Shown: in pieces, positions 16,163 to 23,922 of the stretch
Position numbering within the stretch: position 1 is the stretch's first letter
Layout of the letters: each line of letters begins with the position of its first letter
NCBI RefSeq assembly: GCF_000010625.1
Contig: NC_010296.1
Coordinates: 2,430,001-2,462,000, forward strand
Length of the DNA stretch: 32,000 bases
DNA from: Microcystis aeruginosa NIES-843
GTDB taxonomy: Bacteria > Cyanobacteriota > Cyanobacteriia > Cyanobacteriales > Microcystaceae
Direction: 5' to 3'
Notes under the pieces: model-generated
Database searches by the model: none
Told to the model about the DNA's origin: nothing
The model's input: only the letters and a program-made list of their open reading frames with translations
Program-made: the position numbers and the translations under genes

Positions 16163-17366
16163 ATGAAGCTAGTTGAACGTCATATTATCAGTCAAAATCA
16201 TCCCTTATGGTCAGAAATCGACCATTATGCCTTCTTGTCAAAAAATTTGTTCAATCTAGCTAACTACCATTATCGCCAATATTTCTTTGAAAACTCCCAA
16301 AAACTGAGTTTTAATCAACTCTATCATCTGGTATCTAAAACCTCAGATTATTTAGCTTTACCCGCGAAACCGAAGCACGCAGATAATCAGAAAATTGGAG
16401 CAAGCTTGGGTTAGTTATTTTGCCGCTTTTAGAGCTTGGAAAAAACACCCTGAAAAATTTTTAGGAAAACCCAAAATCATTAAGTATAAGGACAAAACCA
16501 AAGGAAGGAACCTGCTAATATATTCTCAGGAATCAATTTATAAAAAACCTTTAAAAGAAGGAATTTGTCACTTGTCTATGAGCGACTTAAAAATGACCAC
16601 TTCCCGAAGAGAAATAATTGAAGTGAGAATTGTCCCCAAAAGTAGCTGTTATGTCATTGAAATAGTCTATGAAAGACGGTCGGAAACCACAGATAAACAA
16701 CAGATAGCTGGGGTAGATTTAGGAGTTAATAACTTAATGGCTGTAACTACAAATCAAACAGGTGTAGCACCTCTTTTGGTCAATGGCAGACCGTTAAAAG
16801 CAATTAACACCTTCTACAACAAACAACGGTCACAACAACAAGCTCAATTAAAAACTCGAAATAATCAACCCTCATCTAAGAGATTGCTATTCCTAACCCA
16901 TAAACGAAACTGTCGAGTAGAAAATTATCTACACACAGCCAGTAAAAGAGTAATAGATTGGTGTACTATTCATCAAATAGGGACGTTAATAATTGGGCAT
17001 AATGAGCGGATGAAACAATCTCTTAATCTAGGAAAAAGGAATAATCAACAATTTGTCAATATTCCCCATAATAGATTAATAGAAATGTTAACCTACAAAG
17101 CTCAATTAAAAGGAATAAAAGTCATAATAACTGAAGAATCCTATACCTCACAATCCAGTGCTTTAGATAGGGATGAGTTACCTAAATATGGTGAAGAAAA
17201 ACCATTATTTAAGGGAAAAAGGTTAGCTAGGGGACTGTATAAAATGGGAACAAATCAGTTGTTAAATGCCGATGTCAATGGGGCATTTAACATCATTAGA
17301 AAAGTAATTCCTGATGTCATTGACCAGGGAATAAAGGGTTTGCCGTTTAATCCGCTCCGTGCTTGA
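16163..17366 (+). pseudogene. tnpB: Solitary TnpB (same clade as the IS607-associated one), disrupted by a 1-nt frameshift at about 16370-16373
   Basis: ORFs 16163-16414 and 16395-17366 together align with the 2350-3588 TnpB (MKLVERHIISQNH.. vs MKLVQKHLIKFNH..; ALPAK then STQIIRKLEQAW in the +1 frame). RuvC motifs are VDLGVNN, TEESYTSQ and NADVNGAFNI. No tnpA is adjacent. Confidence 0.8.
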
Positions 17367-17491
17367 CCCACTACGAATGACTAAGCTTTCAGGCTTTTAA
17401 GTAAGTTTGAGTAAGTTTAGTTGAGCGGTCTTCCCCTGACATTTGTGATAAAATCAAGAGGCCGACTGACATCTGAGAAGCGATAGCAACC

Positions 17492-17809
17492 ATGACGGGT
17501 GTGGACTTACAGCAATTATTACTAGAAAAATGGGGTCGTTCCTACGATATCCAGCTGCGACGCATCAAAGATAAGGTTCATGTCCAGGTAATGTGGAAAT
17601 ATCTCGAACAAGCTTCTTTTCCCCTCTCCGAGTCCGAATATCTGGAACATCTCAATGTGATCGCTAATTATCTCCACGAATGGGGTGGTTTTAGTCAATT
17701 TCAAGCTTTTATCCGCGAAACCCGCGAGCGTCCCCGTCTCGGTAAAGCGGTTAGTCTGGCCTTAGATTTAGGTGAAAGGGCCTCGGAATGGCTGATCAGT
17801 GATCAGTGA
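17492..17809 (+). CDS. DUF3067-family protein (conserved cyanobacterial), 105 aa
   Basis: LLLEKWGRSYDIQLRRIKDKVHVQVMWKYLEQASFPLSE...RPRLGKAVSLALDLGERASEW matches my recollection of this family. Confidence 0.7.
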   Translation: MTGVDLQQLLLEKWGRSYDIQLRRIKDKVHVQVMWKYLEQASFPLSESEYLEHLNVIANYLHEWGGFSQFQAFIRETRERPRLGKAVSLALDLGERASEWLISDQ

Positions 17810-17828
17810 TCAATTATCAGTGACCAGT
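17794..17828. repeat. STRR-like heptamer array, (GATCAGT)-type x5, overlapping the DUF3067 stop codon
   Basis: Read directly as GATCAGT GATCAGT GATCAAT TATCAGT GACCAGT. A similar array is at 30921-30952. Confidence 0.8.
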
Positions 17829-17936
17829 GGGATTGTTAAGTGAACAGTATACTGCATTTAAATTGCGTATTGGATATTTTAATACAAATGCTCGAACTCC
17901 CCACTTCCCACTTCCCCATCTCCTTCTCTAGACAAT

Positions 17937-17976
17937 AAAACAAGCGTTAAGGTTAAGCTTAACGCTTGTTTTTTCC
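17937..17976. terminator. Bidirectional rho-independent terminator between convergent genes
   Basis: A 13-bp perfect stem (AACAAGCGTTAAG / CTTAACGCTTGTT) with a 6-nt loop is flanked by an A-run upstream and a T-run downstream. Confidence 0.75.
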
Positions 17977-18246
17977 ATTATTTTTGCTCTATTGACAGTG
18001 ACTAGCTCTTGCGACGAGCAAAAGCACCAACACCGGCAACCGCTAGGATACCCAGGATAGCAGAGGGCTCGGGAACTGCTGCGAAAACGCCTTTTTCGAG
18101 AATTAAATTATAGATCCATCCCGGACCAACGGACGTGACGGTCAGGTTGAAAATTCCCATCTCATCGGTACTGGTAGGACTCGCATAGTCAAAAAACGCT
18201 GAACCCATTACATTGTAATTAGTGGTCTTCATACCCATCATAGAAT

Positions 18247-19464
18247 AGAACTCTTGCAAATTAATTATATGTTATAATGATGGGTTAACTAATTTTCCCC
18301 AAAAAATTAGTTAATCAGTACATTTGTCCTGAATGAAAACTTGAAGTTTAACTTTTAACTCAAAACTCTTTAGAGCTGCTTTAATTTGGTTATCAAAACC
18401 TCTTTATTTAAGCGGCACAAACTATCTCAATTATAAAAATTGAGAATAAATTCTCCTTGACTTGATTAATCTTTAGGCAACTTTTAAGAAGCTGCTATAC
18501 CTATCCCTAACTCACCGTTATAAATAGCCGCCAACAAGTTAACTCTTAAACTATATCTTCGACGACGATTCCGATATTTACAGGATAAGATTTTAAAGAT
18601 TTTGAGTTTCCTATTTATAGGTTCAATGATAATCCTTTCTTTGGCTAAAGCCTTGTTATACTCTTTTTCTAACTCTGTTAATTTTCTATTTTTCGATTTC
18701 TTTTTCGGTGTATAACTATTACTATGGTATGCAGCTATTCCCTGATAACCACTGTCTTCTATGCTGGTAGTTAAAGGATGAAAACGAACTCGACTTTTTT
18801 TAAATAAACTAAAATCATGACCTCTACCTTTCCCACAAAAGACACAGATAATTTCCTTTGTATTTTGATCAGCTACTAATTGGGATTTTAAAGTATGATA
18901 ACCTCTTTTACCCGAAAAAAAATCTTTCTGTTTCTTTTGGGGGCGTTCAATGGGAGTTTCCGTTACATCCATTACCGTTATGACCGGTATCTCTGCTTGA
19001 TTGAGTAAAGCTTTTTTTCCTTTTAAACGGAAGTTTCCCGATTGTAAAAGCATTTTTTCCGTCTTATTTACAATCCGACATATAGTTGATTCTGATAGTT
19101 CCCAGCTTGTACCAATGTGAAAATATGTTCTATATTCTCGCCAATATTCTAACGTTACTAAAACTTGTTCTTCTATAGATAGTTTAGGTTTCGGTCCCCT
19201 TTTAGATGGTGAATTAGAGTCGGCTTCAACACTTTTTACTGATTCTACCATCTTTCTATATGTTTGTTTATACACACCGAAACGGCGTTTGAATTGTTCA
19301 TCTGATAAGTTTTGATAATCCATAATTTTGCTAATAAACATAGCAAAATTATAGATGATTTCCTGACCTAAGATCACATTTTATTCTTTTTTCCACTTCA
19401 ATCTAAGAATTGAGAAAAAAGCAAAACCTTATATTATACCATAAAAAAATTATGCAAGAGGTCT
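18247..19464 (-). mobile_element. IS5-family IS, element 2 (1218 bp)
   Basis: The IRs are AGAACTCTTGCAAAT (18247-) and TATGCAAGAGGTCT (-19464), related to those of element 1. The 3-bp TSD is AAT (18244-18246 and 19465-19467). About 220 bp of non-coding sequence 3' of the transposase contains two perfect hairpins. Confidence 0.8.
18484..19323 (-). CDS. IS5-family (DDE_Tnp_4/Harbinger-like) transposase
   Basis: It is homologous to 12425-13291. The likely start is MDYQNLSDEQFKRRFGVY, 18 codons inside the ORF-track start at 19377. Confidence 0.85.
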   Translation of the reverse strand: MDYQNLSDEQFKRRFGVYKQTYRKMVESVKSVEADSNSPSKRGPKPKLSIEEQVLVTLEYWREYRTYFHIGTSWELSESTICRIVNKTEKMLLQSGNFRLKGKKALLNQAEIPVITVMDVTETPIERPQKKQKDFFSGKRGYHTLKSQLVADQNTKEIICVFCGKGRGHDFSLFKKSRVRFHPLTTSIEDSGYQGIAAYHSNSYTPKKKSKNRKLTELEKEYNKALAKERIIIEPINRKLKIFKILSCKYRNRRRRYSLRVNLLAAIYNGELGIGIAAS

Positions 19465-20270
19465 AATTATAGACACCCGTAGAGATTGTAGGAGTGATAG
19501 CAACTGTCATACCACCGCCCACATTTATGCTAGCAAAACCAATTATGGGACTAGGATTCGTAAACGTGTGGCTGACTGGTATTGGTGTCATAGGGGGGGT
19601 GCCGATAAGGGTAATAGCCTTCAAAACGCTAACGGCCGCGAAGCCCAGACCCGCAAATTCGCCCGTAGGAGTCCCAACCAATCCGGTGGTCGTTCCAGGA
19701 GTGAGGGTCGGGTTGGTAGTTCCCCACGAACCGGCCGTTGCATTCCCCCCTACGGCTATCATACTCGCTGCTTGGGCAGCACCGGCAAAGCTGAGAGCGG
19801 CAACACTGGCCGCGATAGCAACAGTGCCAGTGGCTAGTTGTCTAGAAATGTTGGTGATCATTTTAAGTCGTTTGTTACGGGAGCATCTCACTTACGCGAT
19901 AAGTAATTATACTTAGCCTAAAAGCCACTCTTAATCGTGTCTTGGAACGAAATAGAGGCTTTTAAAGACTGCGTACATGGAGAATTAAAACAAGAATTAC
20001 CCTCGAAAAGCCTATTTTTCCACTAAGTATTTATGCTCATTGCAAAGGTGAGATGCTCCCTTTGTTACTTTTTATTAGGGCAAAGTGCGTAGACTACGCA
20101 CTCCATTACACTTAATAACCTGGGCCAGATTAAATGTCAAGTTAATGCAATGAAAAGAAAGTGAAATGCTCCTCAGTAGGGGGCGTTGTCAAATTGAAAG
20201 ATGATCCGAATCAGCTTGGAACTGAAATTACTTTGATAGCAAGGATTGCATTGCATCTTTCATATTCTGA

Positions 20271-22435
20271 CCCACATTCCGCACCCTCAACTGTCACATA
20301 ATACCAAATTTCTAAATCCATGACAGACATCCACGCTCGAATGCTTGCCAAGCCGGTGTTCGTTGTGACGCGAATAAAGAAAAATGGTGTAAGCTGTCCC
20401 CCTCCAGAGACTTGAGTAAAAATACCTAGCTGGTGAAGGTTTTCTCGGTGGCCGCTAGGGGGGTCTTGAGACCCCTAATTATGAAAAAATAGGAATTGTT
20501 GGAAAACTGAGGCGAGTGGACTGTTCGACCATGAATCAATCAACAGAAATTGAAGTCAAAAATCTAGACCATCTGGGATTAGTAGCCGGAATTATCGATG
20601 AAATAGGAATCGTTGAAATTATCAACGAACAAGTCTCAATTGAGCGAGGAGAAATTGTCACAGCGGGGCAAGTAGTGAAAGCAATTATCCTGAATGGATT
20701 GGGATTTGTCTCCCGAGCCTTGTATTTATTTCCTCAATTTTTTGAAGATAAAGCAACCGAACATCTGCTGGGAGAGGGCATCGAACCCAAGCACTTGAAT
20801 GATGATAAAATTGGTCGAGTAATGGACAAACTTTATCAACTGGATGTTTCGGGTATTTTCCTACTCATCAGTTTAGCCGCCGTGAAAAAATTTGGTGTAG
20901 CAACCGAGAACTCCCATTTAGATTCGACTTCTCTATCAGTAGAAGGAGAATATAAAAAGGAATACCCAACAGTAGAAATCCTGAAATCAGGAGCAGTGGG
21001 AGAAGAAATTGAAACCAGACAACAGCCAATAAAAATTACCTACGGATACTCCCGCGACCGAAGACCTGACTTAAAACAATTTATGATTGACTTAATCGTA
21101 AGTGGGGATGGAGATGTACCTTTATTCCTGAAAGTAGGGGACGGAAATGAAGCGGACAAAGCGGTTTTTGGTCAAATCGCCCGAGAATTTAAAAAACAAG
21201 TTGACTTTGACAGTTTAATAGTCGGCGATAGCGCCCTCTATAGCAAAGAGAATTTAAAACTAATGAAAGAAATGCGTTGGTTGTCTCGAGTACCATTAAG
21301 CATTAAAGAGGCTCAAGAGTTGGTTGATAGCATCTCAGAAAAAGAGTTAACCGATTCAGAAATACCGGGTTATTCCTGGCGGGAAACCATCTCTAACTAT
21401 GGGGGGATAGAACAAAGATGGTTGCTAGTTGAAAGTCAAGCTAGACAAGAATCAGACTTGAAAAAATTAGAGAAAAAAATCGAGCAGGAAAAGAATTCTG
21501 CCCAAGAAAAAATCCGGCAACTATCCCGAAGAGAATTTGAGAATAGAGCGGTGGCGTTGGCGATAGCCAAAGGATTATCTGACTCCTTAAAATCTCATCA
21601 GTTAACGGAGATTAAAGTCAATCTCATTCCGCCTGAGTCCCAGGGGTCAAAACTCAAATCAAAAGACGATTTACCCTCTCAAAGCTATCAAGTTCAAGCC
21701 GAATTAGAGTTGAATTTGACCGCCATTGAGAGGCTAAAGAAACGAGCAGGACGATTCGTTTTAGCAACTAACGATTTGGAGAAACAACGATTAAGCAGTG
21801 AGGATATACTCAAAAAATATAAAGGGCAACAAGCTCCGGAAAGAGGATTTTCTTTTCTCAAAGACCCCTGCTTTTTTGCCCACAGTGTCTTTCTCAAATC
21901 TCCCCATAGAATCGAGGTCATGGCCATGCTCATGGGCTTGTGCCTGCTGGTTTATACTATTGGTCAAAGACAACTTCGTTTAAGTTTAAAACAGCAGGAG
22001 ACGGGACTGAAAAATCCGTTGGGTAAGTTAACTGACCGACCGACGTTACGCTGGATATTTCAGTGCTTTCAAGGGATTCATCTCGTCCGTATTCAAGACA
22101 ATCAAAAGATTAGCAACTTAACGGATGAGAGGCGCAACATTTTGAGATTTTTTCCCAAACCTTGCCAGGAATATTATCTCTTATCTTGACCAGATGGATT
22201 GACTTCAAGGGGTGACAAAACAAAGCGAGCAACTGGAACATCTCCCCCTAGATGTTAAGTCTGATTGCCTAGTCATTCTCAACAAGCACTGTTTATTGAG
22301 AATGACCGGGGGAACTCTGAAATTTTCGGCTTAGTTGCCGGCAGCTTGCCGCCAACTCACTCCTCTAGATAAGTATTTTGACTCACGCCCCTTCCTCTTT
22401 TGAGACGTTGTGACACTTAGGGTGCGGAATGTGGG
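20271..22435 (+). mobile_element. IS1634-family IS, copy 2 (complete, 2165 bp)
   Basis: There are 17-bp perfect terminal IRs, CCCACATTCCGCACCCT / AGGGTGCGGAATGTGGG. The 6-bp TSD is TTCTGA (20265-20270 and 22436-22441). Confidence 0.9.
20516..22189 (+). CDS. IS1634-family transposase (DUF4277-type N-terminus plus DDE domain), 557 aa
   Basis: VKNLDHLGLVAGIIDEIGIVEIIN...HLDSTSLSVEGEY is typical of IS1634-family transposases. An alternative start is the ATG at 20531. Confidence 0.85.
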   Translation: MDCSTMNQSTEIEVKNLDHLGLVAGIIDEIGIVEIINEQVSIERGEIVTAGQVVKAIILNGLGFVSRALYLFPQFFEDKATEHLLGEGIEPKHLNDDKIGRVMDKLYQLDVSGIFLLISLAAVKKFGVATENSHLDSTSLSVEGEYKKEYPTVEILKSGAVGEEIETRQQPIKITYGYSRDRRPDLKQFMIDLIVSGDGDVPLFLKVGDGNEADKAVFGQIAREFKKQVDFDSLIVGDSALYSKENLKLMKEMRWLSRVPLSIKEAQELVDSISEKELTDSEIPGYSWRETISNYGGIEQRWLLVESQARQESDLKKLEKKIEQEKNSAQEKIRQLSRREFENRAVALAIAKGLSDSLKSHQLTEIKVNLIPPESQGSKLKSKDDLPSQSYQVQAELELNLTAIERLKKRAGRFVLATNDLEKQRLSSEDILKKYKGQQAPERGFSFLKDPCFFAHSVFLKSPHRIEVMAMLMGLCLLVYTIGQRQLRLSLKQQETGLKNPLGKLTDRPTLRWIFQCFQGIHLVRIQDNQKISNLTDERRNILRFFPKPCQEYYLLS

Positions 22436-22767
22436 TTCTGATCTGACAACGCCATAAGCTTAGACGCATTTAAGTTTCCTACTCGTATCCCTATCTACAA
22501 GGCGTTCCAGGATATTAAAGTGCAATGTAAGTGCGTCTAAGCTTATTCAGAGCTTGATTTCTGCCCTAAAAACAAGGGATTGCCTAACGCACCCTACCCA
22601 ACTACTAGAAGAATAACGCAATCTCAACAATGTAATCTACTTGGGTTATCGTACAGCCCTTATCTAAAGACTTGTGTGATTTGAAGCGGTCAAGGAAGTA
22701 TTTGTGGTCACAGGTAAGCTATACTTTGCACGGCTACAACTTGCATTTTTTACTCAAGGACAATAAG

Positions 22768-22984
22768 TAGGGGCTGCTGAAAAAGTTTTTCGTGGGGGCA
22801 GGGTGTGGGGTGTGGGGTGTGGGGTGTGGGGTTTTACCCATTTTCAGGTGGTCAATTACCTAATTTTCAGGGAAAAAATCCCTAAATTTTCCCCCCAATC
22901 ACTCCAATGGTAGGCACTTTTTCAGGGAAAAAAAGTCTAAAAGCCTTATCCAACAAGGTTTTTAGATTTATTCAGCAAACCCTA
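22768..22984. mobile_element. MITE-A, copy b (opposite orientation to copies a, c and d)
   Basis: TAGGGGCTGCTGAAAAAGTTTTTCGTGGGGGCAGGGTGTGGGGTGTGGGGTGTGGGGTGTGGGG ... TTATTCAGCAAACCCTA. Confidence 0.8.
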
Positions 22985-23087
22985 AGTAGTCGTGCAAAAT
23001 TAATTTCCTAGTGAAGATAGGCAAGAGGCAAGAGGCAAGAGGCAAGAGGTGGTTAGATATGTGTAATTAATTTTGCTTAGGTACTTA
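22983..23087. mobile_element. MITE-B, short variant (105 bp) with a (GGCAAGAG) x4 core
   Basis: It has the same TIRs as the other MITE-B copies. The interior is replaced by a different octamer array. Confidence 0.7.
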
Positions 23088-23309
23088 TAGGTAAAAATTC
23101 TCAGCGTCAAGTACCAGAGAAACCAAGTATTTTAGGTTCTTCGTTACTTGGTATGGTTCAATAGGGTGGCATAAATCGACTAAATCCTTATCTGGTAAGA
23201 GATTTGATTGATTAGTTCGCTCTAGATCGAAAACAATTAACAAAAATCGCCAAATGTCTTTCTCTATGAGAGTTTCATTCCTTATAACCCTGTACGTTGC
23301 ATAAGACAA
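23085..23309 (-). CDS. Hypothetical ORF (74 aa, TTG start), no recognisable family
   Basis: Support comes from the ORF track only. It lies between a MITE and a TnpB remnant and may be non-coding. Confidence 0.2.
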   Translation of the reverse strand: MSYATYRVIRNETLIEKDIWRFLLIVFDLERTNQSNLLPDKDLVDLCHPIEPYQVTKNLKYLVSLVLDAENFYL

Positions 23310-23518
23310 ACCGAAGAACCGTATTTTAGAGGTTTTGAACTGTATCGTAGGGCATAGGAGAACAGGCTTCTGTAAGGTCGCGAAAGTCTGAGGAGAGAAC
23401 CACCTCTGAGTTGGATTTCGCCAGGAATCTAATTCAAGTGGACTCGTTGAGCCAGAAATTCACAGCAGTGATGCGAGAAGAATCCACGTCCGTTTACGGC
23501 GTGGGGTATGTCAAATCA
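23310..23518 (+). other. Remnant of an IS605-family element: decayed tnpB 3' end plus a right-end/omega-RNA-like hairpin
   Basis: GAATCCACGTCCGTTTACGGCGTGGGGTATGTCAA (23484-23518) parallels the right end at 5918-5952. Upstream, the frame reading NRILEVLNCIVGHRRTG resembles a TnpB C-terminus. No intact ORF is present. Confidence 0.5.
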
Positions 23519-23530
23519 ATTGTCGTCAGA

Positions 23531-23602
23531 AGCGGGTAACGCGACTCGAACGCGCGACATTCACCTTGGGAAGGTGACGTTCTACCACTGAACTATACCC
23601 GC
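23531..23602 (-). tRNA. tRNA-Gly (anticodon CCC)
   Basis: I folded the cloverleaf manually: acceptor GCGGGTA/TACCCGC, D arm GTTC-AGTGGTA-GAAC, anticodon arm TCACC-TTCCCAA-GGTGA, T arm GCGCG-TTCGAGT-CGCGT. No CCA is encoded. Confidence 0.9.
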
Positions 23603-23922
23603 AAAAGTCTCCCTAATCATAGCATTGACCCCCCAGCCAGAGCAACTGCCCTAGGCTGTTTTCCATCACCGCGCCAGTGCAGTTTGTCGGCAAAACTGGC
23701 CCGGTCGCAATTTAACATTTTTTCTTGACAGGACAGTAGGGCTTTTTCTAGCTGTTGATCGGCATTTTTTAGGCTTTCTAGCCGCTTTTGTCGATAAACC
23801 CCAAAAATAACATCTAAGCCCGCCCAAGCACAGCCAAGGGCAGGAAAACCGTCATGGAGAACATTTTTTTGATCGCTTACCTCAATCGCTGCTGCTGTTG
23901 GTAAAATCCAGTCAACCCTCCC

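Larger units (their letters stand above)
18002..19891 (-). pseudogene. PEP-CTERM sorting-domain protein gene split by an IS5-family insertion. The coding pieces are 19465-19861/19891 and 18002-18246.
   Basis: The N-terminal piece has a signal peptide (MITNISRQLATGTVAIAASVAALSFAGAAQA). The C-terminal piece ends in VPEPSAILGILAVAGVGAFARRKS. Removing 18247-19464 plus one AAT joins them in frame (..STGVYN-SMMGMKTT..). Confidence 0.8.

Noticed and set aside
19494-19916. Plus-strand ORFs 19494-19916 and 19568-19837
   Set aside because: They are antisense to the GC-rich, Gly/Thr/Pro-rich N-terminal half of the PEP-CTERM gene, a typical shadow frame.
20183-22452. 10-bp inverted repeat GGCGTTGTCA / TGACAACGCC flanking the IS1634 insertion site as evidence of another MITE
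   Set aside because: It is a single occurrence with short arms and no second copy in the window, which is not enough to call an element.
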